Positions 40,786 through 51,384 of a stretch of DNA of 64,000 nucleotides are shown piece by piece. The position numbers were made by a program, and so were the translations under genes. The stretch's first letter is position 1. Every line of letters begins with the position of its first letter. The stretch covers positions 160,001 through 224,000 of the forward strand of contig DAIDBH010000014.1 of assembly GCA_027310185.1 (NCBI GenBank), read 5' to 3'. Source of the stretch: Thermoplasmatales archaeon (lineage in GTDB: Archaea > Thermoplasmatota > Thermoplasmata > Thermoplasmatales > Thermoplasmataceae). Below the pieces are notes generated by a model that did no database searches, was not told the origin of the DNA, and saw only the letters and a program-made list of their open reading frames with translations.

Positions 40786-41475
40786 TCAGACCTCGATAGT
40801 CTGGTCAATTGACATTATCCTTACCTTGCTTGTTGAATTCCTTTCAACTTCCTTCCTGAACTCTTCTGGATTCTGTTCTATGGCTGGAAATGTTCCATAA
40901 TGCATCGGAATGGCTATCTGTGGCTTGATCATTTCAACTGCTATTGCAGCTTCTTTCGGTGCCATTGTGTAATGTCCCCCTATGGGTAACATTGCAATTT
41001 CTGGATGATACATCTTTCCTATCAGTTCCATATCCATAAAAACTCCAGTGTCCCCTGCGTGATACAGTGTTTTCCCATCCATTTCTATGATCATTCCACC
41101 CGGATTTCCTGCATACTTCCCCTCATATGATGAGGAATGATATGCCGGAACTGCAGTTATTTTGACCTTGTTTATGGTTACAGATCCGCTGTAATTCAAG
41201 TCATGAACTTCCAGGGATTCATCTTTCTCCTTCAATAGCCATGCCAATTCAACCATTGTAACTATGGGTGCCCTGTTCTTCTTTGCAATGAAAAGCGCAT
41301 CTCCGACGTGATCTCCGTGACCATGGGTAATAACAACAATATCGGCTTTTACATCTTCTTTCTTCCTTGTTGCCTTGGGGTTTCCCTCCAGGAAGGGATC
41401 GATAATTATCCTCTTTGAACCTTCTATCTCGAAACAGGCATGGCTGTCCCATCTAATTTTCAATTTTTCTGACAT
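40786..41475 (-). CDS. Metal-dependent hydrolase, beta-lactamase fold (UPF0173)
   Basis: IDPFL, THGHGDH, YHAGDT, LPIGGHYTM, PMHYGTF. Confidence 0.9.
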   Translation of the reverse strand: MSEKLKIRWDSHACFEIEGSKRIIIDPFLEGNPKATRKKEDVKADIVVITHGHGDHVGDALFIAKKNRAPIVTMVELAWLLKEKDESLEVHDLNYSGSVTINKVKITAVPAYHSSSYEGKYAGNPGGMIIEMDGKTLYHAGDTGVFMDMELIGKMYHPEIAMLPIGGHYTMAPKEAAIAVEMIKPQIAIPMHYGTFPAIEQNPEEFRKEVERNSTSKVRIMSIDQTIEV

Positions 41476-41536
41476 AATTGTAAATATCTTATTTTCTTAA
41501 AAGCTTTCACTTACTGTTACGTTTTTAATATAGTCT

Positions 41537-42160
41537 ATGATACTACTGCGTTTGATTACCATCTACACCATATTGATAGGCCTCATACTTGGAGTTTCAA
41601 TGGCTGCTCCCCCAGGACCCGTCATGACTGTTATAATGAAGAAATCCCTTGGCAGTGTAAAGGCGGGATTTCTTGTTGGAATGGGGGCCATGACGGCAGA
41701 TTTAATCCTGTTGATCCTTGTTCTACTTCTGAAAAATTATGTTGATCTAAAAGCGTATGAACCCTTGACTTTTATTTTAGGAGGGTTATATTTTATTTAC
41801 CTTGCACTTAAAATTCTTAGTGAAGTGATTAATAAAGACGTGGAGAGTAGGTTAGAATCCAGTGCAGATTTCAGTTATTTAAAGGGCCTGTTTACAGGAA
41901 TTCTGAATCCCATGCAGATAGGATGGTGGCTAACTGCGGGCCTCGGTATTATTGAGGCAGATGGAATTTCACCATTCTACTTCTTCTATATTGGAATAAT
42001 CGTTTATGTTTATCTTCTATGCCTGGTGATATACAAAACCCATGCAAGATATCAGGAGAAGGTGAGTTTTGTTGTAAACATATTCAGTATTTTTGTATTG
42101 CTTGGGTTCGGGTCGTATTTTATCTTCTCATTCCTTATCCTGGAAGGATTTCACTTCTGA
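41537..42160 (+). CDS. LysE family translocator
   Basis: GVSMAAPPGPV, GAMTAD, GILNP. Confidence 0.87.
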   Translation: MILLRLITIYTILIGLILGVSMAAPPGPVMTVIMKKSLGSVKAGFLVGMGAMTADLILLILVLLLKNYVDLKAYEPLTFILGGLYFIYLALKILSEVINKDVESRLESSADFSYLKGLFTGILNPMQIGWWLTAGLGIIEADGISPFYFFYIGIIVYVYLLCLVIYKTHARYQEKVSFVVNIFSIFVLLGFGSYFIFSFLILEGFHF

Positions 42161-42233
42161 GCTTGAATTCATTATCTCCACGGATATTTAGACAAACCTT
42201 TTATATATTTTTAAAATGAAGCTATGATAAAAG

Positions 42234-43244
42234 ATGGCACTCAATATTCAGGATTTAAGATTCGGTGAAGAGCTCCTTAAAACCGGCTTCGCGAAAATGA
42301 CAAAGGGAGGAGTGATCATGGATGTTACCAACGCCGAACAGGCCAGGATAGCTGAAACCGCTGGAGCAGTTGCAGTCATGGCTCTGGAAAAGGTCCCAGC
42401 AGACATCAGGGCAGAAGGTGGTGTTGCAAGAATGGCGGATCCGGCTAAGATAAGGGAAATAATTGATGCAGTGTCAATTCCTGTTATGGCCAAGGTAAGG
42501 ATAGGACATATAACAGAGGCACTTACTCTTGAGGCCCTCGGGGCTGATATGCTTGACGAGAGCGAGGTTCTGACCCCATCAGATCCTTTCTTTCACCTGA
42601 ACAAGAAGCAATTGAAGATTCCCACTGTTTGCGGTGCAAGAAACATTGCTGAGGCAATTAGGAGAATATTTGAAGGAGCTGCAATGGTAAGAACAAAGGG
42701 GGAGGCCGGAACAGGTAATGTTGTGGAAGCTGTAAGACACATAAGAATGGTAAACGAAGGAGTTTCCCTGATTAAGGGGATGAACAATAATGATATGGTC
42801 AAGGTTGCCGAAACAGCTGCAGACAGCTACCTTAGATTGAGGAAGGATGTCATGCCCAACCTATTCCTGAAAGAAACAAAGATCGATACGGAGGATATAT
42901 TTTATGGGATGAGCATGAAACAGATACAGGAAGAAATCCTTGGTGTTGTTAAGGATATCAAGAAGCTTGGAAGACTGCCTGTTGTCAATTTTGCTGCAGG
43001 AGGTGTTGCAACACCTGCTGATGGAGCACTCATGATGAAACTTGGAGTAGATGGAGTGTTTGTTGGTAGTGGCATATTCAAGTCTCCTGATCCAATAAGG
43101 ATGGCCAGGGCAATTGTTGAAGCAGTTGAGAATTATGATGATTACAGGATGATAGGCAATGTATCCACTGGTCTGTCTTCTATGGAAGGAAAGGACATAA
43201 ACGAAATTCCTAAAGAACAGAGGTTAGCTGAAAGGGGAATTTAG
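42234..43244 (+). CDS. pdxS: Pyridoxal 5'-phosphate synthase lyase subunit
   Basis: [50 protein letters not shown]. Confidence 0.97.
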   Translation: MALNIQDLRFGEELLKTGFAKMTKGGVIMDVTNAEQARIAETAGAVAVMALEKVPADIRAEGGVARMADPAKIREIIDAVSIPVMAKVRIGHITEALTLEALGADMLDESEVLTPSDPFFHLNKKQLKIPTVCGARNIAEAIRRIFEGAAMVRTKGEAGTGNVVEAVRHIRMVNEGVSLIKGMNNNDMVKVAETAADSYLRLRKDVMPNLFLKETKIDTEDIFYGMSMKQIQEEILGVVKDIKKLGRLPVVNFAAGGVATPADGALMMKLGVDGVFVGSGIFKSPDPIRMARAIVEAVENYDDYRMIGNVSTGLSSMEGKDINEIPKEQRLAERGI

Positions 43245-43247
43245 TTA

Positions 43248-43970
43248 ATGCTCGTAGCCTTTAATTTTTATTATGTTCTAGAAGTTGTAATAGTACTGGT
43301 TATATTATTTGTTCTTTCCCAGATTTTCAAACTGTTTGATGTAAAAGGTGCCATAGGAGCTGTTATAATTGGCGCTATTGTTTCCTTCGCTGGGAACATA
43401 GACTGGCTCATCCTGTTAATAGTATTTGCATTTTTTTCTCACCTCGCAACAAAATATAGATTTAAAGAAAAGATGAGGTTGAAACAGCAGGAAGGTACGC
43501 GGGGAGAGAGGAAGATTTCCAATGTAGCTTACGGTGGAGCAATAGGAGTGGTGATTGCTATTTCTAACCTTATTGTACCATTTAGTTTTCCATTTTTTGT
43601 GATGTTTGCAGCAGCATTTGCTGCGATTACTTCTGATACATTTGGATCAGAAATTGGTGTCCTTGATGATAGGACGTACTTGATTACAACGTTAAAGAGA
43701 TGCGAAACTGGAATAAATGGAGGAGTTTCCATAATAGGAACTCTTGCCGCCTTTCTCGGATCCTTTGTGATTGCCATTTCCTATGTGATTCTAACGCGAA
43801 ATCTTGATTGGAAACCACTTGTTCTTATTCTTGTGGCCGGATTTCTGGGAAGCAATATTGATTCACTTCTTGGAGCTATGTTTGAAAATAAAAATGAGTT
43901 GTCTAAAGGTCAGGTTAACTTGATAGCTTCCATAGTAGCGGTTCTTTTTACGGTACCTTTTCTATTGTGA
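43248..43970 (+). CDS. DUF92 (TMEM19) membrane protein
   Basis: ATKY, SDTFGSEIG, NGGVSIIGT, GSNIDSLLGA. Confidence 0.88.
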   Translation: MLVAFNFYYVLEVVIVLVILFVLSQIFKLFDVKGAIGAVIIGAIVSFAGNIDWLILLIVFAFFSHLATKYRFKEKMRLKQQEGTRGERKISNVAYGGAIGVVIAISNLIVPFSFPFFVMFAAAFAAITSDTFGSEIGVLDDRTYLITTLKRCETGINGGVSIIGTLAAFLGSFVIAISYVILTRNLDWKPLVLILVAGFLGSNIDSLLGAMFENKNELSKGQVNLIASIVAVLFTVPFLL

Positions 43971-44020
43971 ACGTAAAAAAATAAAAATGTAAAGGATTCA
44001 TCCTGAAATATTCAATCTTA

Positions 44021-44698
44021 TTATGCCTTATTCCTGAAATCTTGGTTTTCCATTAGATATTTAGTGAGGTATATGGATCTTTCCTTTGAAAGGATTCCAT
44101 TTATGTCTCCTAATCTTTCTCTCCTTGCAATTGACATGTACTCCATTATATTTGTTAGAATGAAATCATTTGCCTTATCAAGAAATATCTCCTGCGGGAA
44201 AATTATGTCGCAATTCTTCCCCTCCTTTGATTCACCGTTTACAAATATGGGATACTTCATAATTGTGCGACTTAAACCCATTACAGGTGTGTAACTCTCG
44301 GATATACTAAAATTTGCACCTTCACGGGCGATACATACATCAGATAATAGAGTAAGTTCAACACCCAGATTCTTGCAGGTTCCATTTACAAGAGAAAACA
44401 CAGGTTTGTTTATCATGGCTATAAATGAAGCAACAGTGCTTACCATATCCAGATACCTTACAGATTGCACTGATTCAAATTTTCTTAATCCTGTGAGAAA
44501 GTTGTCATTAGAACCTGTTATTGCAACCGCTCTTACCTTATCATCAGTAATTGCAAGAGATATAGCTTTTAAAAATTCTTCAAAAAATAATAGGGAAACT
44601 CTCCCCTGATCATCTGATAGGATTGTGATGACGCCGATCCCATCCTCCTGCCAGAAGCTTATCTCCTTAAATCCGGCAACTCTAGGTGCATTACTCAT
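44021..44698 (-). CDS. Enoyl-CoA hydratase/crotonase-like protein (divergent)
   Basis: DDKVRAVAITGS, KPVFSLVNGTC..LGVELTLLSD. Confidence 0.7.
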   Translation of the reverse strand: MSNAPRVAGFKEISFWQEDGIGVITILSDDQGRVSLLFFEEFLKAISLAITDDKVRAVAITGSNDNFLTGLRKFESVQSVRYLDMVSTVASFIAMINKPVFSLVNGTCKNLGVELTLLSDVCIAREGANFSISESYTPVMGLSRTIMKYPIFVNGESKEGKNCDIIFPQEIFLDKANDFILTNIMEYMSIARRERLGDINGILSKERSIYLTKYLMENQDFRNKA

Positions 44699-46370
44699 TG
44701 TAGTATGCCAGCCTGTAAAGTCTTACACCAATTCCTACTATGAATAACAGTGCACCCAGTCCCATTCCGAAACCAGCTTCCTGAACCAGATTAGTTGGGT
44801 TAACCTGTATCATCAGCCATAATATTTCCGCTGCAATGATGAAAAGAATGGCAACCAGAACGTTTACCGTTTTCTGACTTATCTGAATTCCCTTTACCGG
44901 CTTTGTTTGTTGCATTGAAAGGTGCGCGAAATTGGATGATTTCATGGTTCCAAATGCCGCAAATGCAGTAGCAGCTCCGTATGCGCCAACGTTCAAAGTG
45001 TTTGAAACTGTAACCCCATGCATCATATTCCCCAGTTCCAGTGATAGTTCAAATATACCCAAGGACAGGAGAATTACGAATATTATGAAAGATCCTGTAA
45101 GCTTTGCCAGTGATGGCTTGAAGGCACCTTTCTTATACAGGTGACCAAATGCCAGGAAGAAGCCCATGACTATAATGAATGGTGGAAGTAATACCAGTGC
45201 CACTATGTCATTACTGATTGGTATACCTGGAGCGAGTACTCCCCAGAGGGAGAGAATTATAAGGTATATGATTGCCAGAAGACCGAAGGCAGTAAATACT
45301 GGCCTGGAGAGTGGATGCAAATTGTTAGAACGGTCTAAAAACGGCACCAGTAGGAAATAAACCAGTGGAATGCCTCCAAAGACTGCTGATGCCATCAGTG
45401 GTGAGTATGCACCAAATAGATTGAAGAATTTAAAATCTATTGCTTTGTAAACAAACAGTAAGAACCATGGAGGATATGGAGGAACATAGGGTGCCAGAGG
45501 TGATGTTGATGCTACCTGTGGGAAAGGATCGAATAGTGCTGGAACTCCCATATGTATTGCCCTTAGGGCGTCAATAGCCGATGGAAGAAATAGGAGAATA
45601 CCAAATGTAAAAGCCCCTAACTGCATCATAAACATCAGGTTGTAAGGATACCATTTTTTGTATTCTGGCTTGTCCTTGTCAACTGCTGGCGCCTTATAGT
45701 TTGCAAGTCTCTGAGAAGGCATCATTCCATTTGCCTCGGCTAGGTAGAAATGGAACCCAAATAGGGCACCGATCAGTGCTGCAAGAATTATATGAAGTCC
45801 AAGCATTCTGATAAACAGGGAGGTGTTTGTTCCATTTCCGAATACGATTTCCTCTGATATTTTACCTATTACAGGAACGGAGAGTGCAATTCCCCTTCCA
45901 ACATCTGTTGCATCAGATGATAATACATCTCCCGTCATTGAATACCCGAAATATCCAACTCCAATTGTTAATGCGAGTAATATAACTCCCGTTACCCACT
46001 GTAATTCCCTTGGTCTCTTGTATGCACCATTGAAATAGTTCCTGAACATATGCAGGTATACTAACACTACCATGGCATATGCGCCATACAGATGTGTTGT
46101 TAAAAAGATTTCACCATATGGAACGTCCCTCAACACATATTCAGTACATGCATAAGCGTTAGCGGGATTATAATAAAGCAGCAAAATAAGTCCGGTTACC
46201 ACCTGATAAATGAACGCCATTGATATTAACGCACCGGTCCAGTACCAGAATCCTCCTTTTTTTCGCATATAGTCAGGTACAGTCGCTAGGGGCAGCTCTT
46301 CTATCTTTAGCGGGTCTTCTCCCAGTACATTTTTTATACTAAAATTCTTTCTTATATCATTCATGCTCAT
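44691..46370 (-). CDS. Cytochrome b of an archaeal Rieske/cytb complex (SoxC/SoxN-like)
   Basis: QVVTGLILLLYY, heme His in THLYGAYAMVVLVYLHMFR and LHIILAALIGALFGFHF, RPRELQW, PPWF (PEWY equivalent). Confidence 0.92.
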   Translation of the reverse strand: MSMNDIRKNFSIKNVLGEDPLKIEELPLATVPDYMRKKGGFWYWTGALISMAFIYQVVTGLILLLYYNPANAYACTEYVLRDVPYGEIFLTTHLYGAYAMVVLVYLHMFRNYFNGAYKRPRELQWVTGVILLALTIGVGYFGYSMTGDVLSSDATDVGRGIALSVPVIGKISEEIVFGNGTNTSLFIRMLGLHIILAALIGALFGFHFYLAEANGMMPSQRLANYKAPAVDKDKPEYKKWYPYNLMFMMQLGAFTFGILLFLPSAIDALRAIHMGVPALFDPFPQVASTSPLAPYVPPYPPWFLLFVYKAIDFKFFNLFGAYSPLMASAVFGGIPLVYFLLVPFLDRSNNLHPLSRPVFTAFGLLAIIYLIILSLWGVLAPGIPISNDIVALVLLPPFIIVMGFFLAFGHLYKKGAFKPSLAKLTGSFIIFVILLSLGIFELSLELGNMMHGVTVSNTLNVGAYGAATAFAAFGTMKSSNFAHLSMQQTKPVKGIQISQKTVNVLVAILFIIAAEILWLMIQVNPTNLVQEAGFGMGLGALLFIVGIGVRLYRLAYYNE

Positions 46371-46380
46371 TGATTCACCT

Positions 46381-47136
46381 TTAACTAGATGCGAGTTTGT
46401 TTACAGTTGTCTTACTTAGGTTGCTTATTGCGTGGCCTCCTGTGAGATCTGACGGGTGTCCGAAAACTACTGGCCCAGTTAGTTTTTTAGCATAAAGGGT
46501 ATCAGTAAGATTGTCGTACTTCAAAGTCACAAATGGTAGTGGTCTTTGCGTTGGGTGTGTAATAATACCCGCGCCCCTGTAAGGATCATATGTGCTTCCA
46601 TGACAGTCGCAGTGAATAACACCATATGTAGGCTTGGTCGTATTATAAGTCTTTAATGTGCTGATGACGTTTGCGGGTAGAGTGCCCTCCTGACCCGGTG
46701 GGTAGTAATGTATAATTGGAGGTATACATCCCAAATGCTGACAAATTGCACTGTATGATACGATAGAATTACCTGGCCCCACACCCCCTGTAAACGTATA
46801 TACCTCACCTGAAGCATCTATGGTTACAGATGTAGGTGGGACTTCCCTGTCGAAGCGGATTATGAAATTAGGTTCATCTGATAGCGGATAATAATAAATC
46901 CAGATGTTTGGTGATTCTACCTCGAATTGACTTGCCTTCAGTGGCACTGGAGCACTGTTTGGCGTACTTGGATCATTCCAGTATAGTAATGTTTCTGGAA
47001 AATTTGTCAAACCTACGGCAGGTGTAATCAGGTTTTGAACCACTCCCTTGCCAAGTCCCCCTACAGCAGCAACAGCTGAGAGACCAACCATGGCTTTAAG
47101 AAATCCCCTTCTTGATGGATCAACTTCTCCTGTCAT
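46381..47136 (-). CDS. Rieske [2Fe-2S] protein (SoxL-like), Tat-exported
   Basis: SRRGFLK Tat motif, CQHLGC and CDCHGS boxes. Confidence 0.93.
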   Translation of the reverse strand: MTGEVDPSRRGFLKAMVGLSAVAAVGGLGKGVVQNLITPAVGLTNFPETLLYWNDPSTPNSAPVPLKASQFEVESPNIWIYYYPLSDEPNFIIRFDREVPPTSVTIDASGEVYTFTGGVGPGNSIVSYSAICQHLGCIPPIIHYYPPGQEGTLPANVISTLKTYNTTKPTYGVIHCDCHGSTYDPYRGAGIITHPTQRPLPFVTLKYDNLTDTLYAKKLTGPVVFGHPSDLTGGHAISNLSKTTVNKLASS

Positions 47137-47290
47137 AAATGGTTATTGAATTAATGGTTAAAATGGTTTTCCCTCGTGTTATAACAAGTATTTATACCGG
47201 CACGGGGTTTTTGGATCTTATGATAAGAAAAATCTATCTCTCTATATATTATCTTAAAAAAATTATTATAGACGATCTCAATTGAACAGA

Positions 47291-47599
47291 ATGGATTTTG
47301 ATGAGTATGCAAAAATGCAGAAAAGAACTTCGCCAAAGGGTTCAGATATAGTTATGGTCGCTCTAGGTCTTACTGGGGAATCTGGAGAATTTGCAGATAT
47401 GATTAAAAAACACCTTTTCCAGGGTCATGAACTTAATAGGGAAAAACTGATCGAGGAACTTGGGGATGTTTTATGGTATATCTTCGAGGGCGCAAGAGTT
47501 TTAGGAATAAGTGCCTCCGAGATTGCAGAGGAAAATGTAAAAAAATTAGAGAAAAGATACCCCGATGGATTTGATCCTGAAAGAAGCATAAAACGCTAG
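47291..47599 (+). CDS. MazG-like nucleoside triphosphate pyrophosphohydrolase
   Basis: LGLTGESGEFAD, EELGDVLWY, NVKKLEKRYPDGF. Confidence 0.88.
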   Translation: MDFDEYAKMQKRTSPKGSDIVMVALGLTGESGEFADMIKKHLFQGHELNREKLIEELGDVLWYIFEGARVLGISASEIAEENVKKLEKRYPDGFDPERSIKR

Positions 47600-47677
47600 G
47601 ACTGGACTTTTCATATAATAACAAATATTTTAATTTGATTACTTTTTTATATGTGTTAATTATTTCAATTACCAATA

Positions 47678-49267
47678 ATGAAACCTGTCAATGATGTCCT
47701 AAACTCAATAAGATCCAAGCTGAAACCACGGTCTATAATTATTTTGGCAGTAATTTGTGTTCTCATTTTCCCGGCATTGCTTATAGAGAACAGTTCCATA
47801 CCAACAAGTGATTCCCACCTGTATTTTCTAAGTATGGGAAGCAACAGTTTCCCAGGACTTATCTTACCAAACGAATACAGTTCTGGAAATTCAAGCGCAA
47901 ACAGCCAGAAAACTTTCTTTCTGTTAAACAACAGGCTGGAAACTGTTTCCAATACAACTGTAAGGCTGAATGCCTCTGTAGTTGATACAAACCTTTTGTC
48001 CCATTCATCAATTATCCTCACTCTGTATTTCGATACCAATACAGGTTTATCAGGTAATTTTACCCTGAATGATACAGATTTGAGGGGTCATTTACCAGTA
48101 GCTTACAATAAAACACAGAATATTGTTTCAGGTTATCAAATTTATAACTATACAGTCTTGAAAAGTAACAATAAACCTGTTCCAAACCAAAAGGATGATG
48201 AATTTGAATTTCGTTCCTGTGCGGTTGTTTTAAATAATAAGACAGGAGTAAGGGGCACTTTGAACATGGCCTTTTTACCATCTTATCAGTTAGGTTATTA
48301 TGGTATAGCTCCCGTCTTCTTCATGAATGGCAAACCTGACGGCAGTTATAACCTGTCATACCACCTTTACAATCCCCAGAATAATAATTCCGTTGGTCCA
48401 CTTGTCTATCTTGGCAATTTCTCCTTCAATAAGATGTATATGATCAATTCAAATGAGGAACCAATCCTTTCCATGAATGAAGCATACAATGTAACTTTTT
48501 TTGTTAACGGAACTGCAGTGGGAATAGTTTATAGGAGCAGCGTATCCTCTTCATTTTCTTCAGGCATATCGATCCTTGGATTACTTGGAAACACCGGTTC
48601 AGAGATAATGCTTCTTGTAACAGTGTTTATGGTGTTGATGCTGTTCGTGCCAATGTTCAATCCCTCTGTTTACAAATATTATCTATCCCTGCCAAGGAAG
48701 AGATGGTATACGGTTGTTAATGAGTTTATCTCGTCCTTACTGGCAATGTCAATCTTTGAGGGTTTCGCTTTTGTGGCGACCTATATGATTTCCCAATTAG
48801 TGCTACACTTTTCTATTTCCGGTCTTGCCTTTGCATACATTTACCTATTAAGCCTGGCTGCATTTACAGTCTTTGCATCCCTTTACCTCCTGTTAGGTGT
48901 TTATTTCATAGGCAAAGCCATGCCCAAAACTTTCCTAACAATATTCCTTGTCTTGGGATATCCCATAATAGATTCACTTTCACAAACTTTGTTTGAAATA
49001 CAGTCAATTCTCCCATTTTATTCTAGTAATTCCCTTTTCAAGCCAGTGCTAGAAAACATACGGACACTGAATGTCATCAGTGGCATATTGCCCGTACTTA
49101 ATGTGGAAGAATTGAATAGCTATTTCCTGAGAAGTCCGGTCAGTGGAGTGATAATGCTGAATCATCTCTCAATATTCGATCTGTCTCCCATAATATTCCT
49201 GTCATCCATAATTGGCATTTCAGTGGCTTTGTTTTACCTGTCAATAAAGAGGTATTACAGGTACTGA
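47678..49267 (+). CDS. Membrane protein with large glycosylated extracellular domain (ABC-2 permease-like)
   Basis: N-terminal TM, N/S/T-rich loop with many NxS/T sequons, YYLSLPRKR motif, 5-6 C-terminal TM. Confidence 0.65.
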   Translation: MKPVNDVLNSIRSKLKPRSIIILAVICVLIFPALLIENSSIPTSDSHLYFLSMGSNSFPGLILPNEYSSGNSSANSQKTFFLLNNRLETVSNTTVRLNASVVDTNLLSHSSIILTLYFDTNTGLSGNFTLNDTDLRGHLPVAYNKTQNIVSGYQIYNYTVLKSNNKPVPNQKDDEFEFRSCAVVLNNKTGVRGTLNMAFLPSYQLGYYGIAPVFFMNGKPDGSYNLSYHLYNPQNNNSVGPLVYLGNFSFNKMYMINSNEEPILSMNEAYNVTFFVNGTAVGIVYRSSVSSSFSSGISILGLLGNTGSEIMLLVTVFMVLMLFVPMFNPSVYKYYLSLPRKRWYTVVNEFISSLLAMSIFEGFAFVATYMISQLVLHFSISGLAFAYIYLLSLAAFTVFASLYLLLGVYFIGKAMPKTFLTIFLVLGYPIIDSLSQTLFEIQSILPFYSSNSLFKPVLENIRTLNVISGILPVLNVEELNSYFLRSPVSGVIMLNHLSIFDLSPIIFLSSIIGISVALFYLSIKRYYRY

Positions 49268-49268
49268 A

Positions 49269-49619
49269 TTAGAGTGTTAATACCATATAGGCGATCAGAA
49301 GCACTGCGATCAGAAGAATCAGAATTCCTGATGTTACTATTGCAGTTGACGATGGCCTGAAATCTCCTGATTCTATACTTTTCATGTTTTTCATGAAACT
49401 TCTCAGGGCCATTACCTGCATGAAACCACCTGACACAACCAGTATTATTCCTATGGAGGCTGAAAAAGGAGCAGTAACGTTTGAAGAACCTGGCACAAGT
49501 TCTTTTATAATTATTCCGAATTTTGCTACAACAAATCCCAGTGCCATTACTGCAATTCCTGTTCTGACCCATGCCAGATATGTTCTCTCGTTGGCCATAT
49601 GATCCGTTACAGTAGACAT
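49269..49619 (-). CDS. DUF202 (YidH) membrane protein
   Basis: DHMANERTYLAWVRTGIA. Confidence 0.92.
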   Translation of the reverse strand: MSTVTDHMANERTYLAWVRTGIAVMALGFVVAKFGIIIKELVPGSSNVTAPFSASIGIILVVSGGFMQVMALRSFMKNMKSIESGDFRPSSTAIVTSGILILLIAVLLIAYMVLTL

Positions 49620-49931
49620 ATTGTATTTCTGATTATTGTTCGTGTAATAAGATGCTATTAACCTATTTAAAAGCCATTTTCTGCAAAAATGAAGTTACAC
49701 TAAGTTTAAGGTCTTTACCTCAGTTTTGCCTGCTAGGCATACCCATATCAGTTTACTTTTGGATGCATGGATTCTTTTCGAGGTATGAATGAAGATAAAT
49801 GAGACTGGTTTTTTGATAGAACCAGGTGATTTTTTCTGGTTACAATGAAGATGAGGTGTTTATCAACTTTTATATTACATTTTAATTATTGTTTAATAAT
49901 CTTTATAAAGAACGTATTATAACGATGTAAA

Positions 49932-50711
49932 ATGAATGTCGTTCCCATACTCGACAGTGTTAATGGTTGTTCTTCATATATAATAGGAGATGAAATTTCT
50001 GGGAAGGCGATTGTGATAGATCCACTTCAATCCTATGGGTTTAAGAATTATGTTATAAGGGCGGCGAAAGAAAGATTATACATAGATATGATTGTTGATA
50101 CACATGTTCATGCTGATCATTATTCTGCAGCAAAACCTCTTGCCAGAGAACTTGGATTCAAGGTATCCATGAGCGAAAATTCACCCAATGAATTTGTATT
50201 TAATAAATTGCGTGATGAACAGGGATTCACGCTGGGAAATCTTGAAATTAAGGTTATGCATGCCGCCGGTCACACTCCTGATAATATTGTCGTAAAAACT
50301 ATTGATAAATCCCGTTCAGATGAGGTTGGGTGTGTATTTACAGGAGATTCACTTTTTGTTGGAGATGTGGGAAGACCAGATCTCGTATATGAAAGCGAGG
50401 AAATGATAAGAAATGCCATTAGAGATCAATACAATACCATATTCAAGAAATTACTTGTCCTCCCTGACTATGTAGAAATATTTCCATCCCATTCTGGATC
50501 ATCTTCCTGTGGTGGCCTCTTTCTAAGCCCAAAATTCAATTCAACAATAGGATATGAAAAAAGATACAATCAATTTCTAAGAGCAAAATCTCTGGAAGAA
50601 TTTTCCAGTATGGTCATGAAAACACTGAAACCTCCTCCGGTAAACGCAAAGCGGATCAGAGAGTGGAATCTGAGCAGTAATATTGAATACAATAAAGAAG
50701 AGGTGAATTAA
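49932..50711 (+). CDS. MBL-fold persulfide dioxygenase-like protein (CstB/ETHE1 type)
   Basis: THVHADH, GHTP, FTGDSLFVGDVGRPDL, HSGSSSCG, STIGYEK. Confidence 0.85.
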   Translation: MNVVPILDSVNGCSSYIIGDEISGKAIVIDPLQSYGFKNYVIRAAKERLYIDMIVDTHVHADHYSAAKPLARELGFKVSMSENSPNEFVFNKLRDEQGFTLGNLEIKVMHAAGHTPDNIVVKTIDKSRSDEVGCVFTGDSLFVGDVGRPDLVYESEEMIRNAIRDQYNTIFKKLLVLPDYVEIFPSHSGSSSCGGLFLSPKFNSTIGYEKRYNQFLRAKSLEEFSSMVMKTLKPPPVNAKRIREWNLSSNIEYNKEEVN

Positions 50712-51319
50712 TGGATACTGAAATAATAAAGAAGGAACTTGCGAATCCTGGAACTGTTCTCATTGATGTAGATCCCATGCCATATCTGGAAATTGGATAT
50801 CCGGAAGGTGCCATATGTCATCCCATATCCACGGAGCCGTGGGAGGAAATTCTTGAGAGCATGATGGGAAAAAATCATAATGCCATTGCTGTATACTCCT
50901 CTTTCAAACCTGTTGGAGAGTACGCAAGCAGGCTTGCTACAGAATATGGAATTCCAGTTAAATTCACGTTTTCAGATGGACTGGATAAGTGGTCATCAAT
51001 GGGACTTCCTGTCACAAGAATTAAGTCTATGGATGTAAAAGAATTAGAGAGAGATTTGAACCAATTCAATGTTATAGACGTCAGGGAAAGGGATGAGCTG
51101 AAATCGGGATTCATACATGGATCCATAAACATTCCGCTTAGTGAAATAGATTCTGCCCTATTCAGGCTTGATGTTAAGAAAAAATATGCGGTTATATGTG
51201 CCCATGGAAACAGGAGCAGGGAGGCCTCAAAAATACTTTCTGAATATGGTTTTGATGCACGGACAGTTAATGGTGGTATGTCCCAGTGGATAATTAAAAA
51301 GTTTTCGACGAAGTACTGA
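50711..51319 (+). CDS. Tandem rhodanese-domain sulfurtransferase
   Basis: IDVRERDE, GSINIPL, active loop CAHGNRS, GGMSQW; degenerate N-terminal rhodanese domain. Confidence 0.85.
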   Translation: MDTEIIKKELANPGTVLIDVDPMPYLEIGYPEGAICHPISTEPWEEILESMMGKNHNAIAVYSSFKPVGEYASRLATEYGIPVKFTFSDGLDKWSSMGLPVTRIKSMDVKELERDLNQFNVIDVRERDELKSGFIHGSINIPLSEIDSALFRLDVKKKYAVICAHGNRSREASKILSEYGFDARTVNGGMSQWIIKKFSTKY

Positions 51320-51384
51320 ATACTATGATCGTACCATTTCGACATACCAAAAGTCAAATATAGTTTTAGTCCTTAAAGATCAGT

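Noticed and set aside
42760-42960. Insertion of about 40 aa in PdxS
   Set aside because: Long PdxS forms are usual in thermoacidophilic archaea, and there are no intein motifs.
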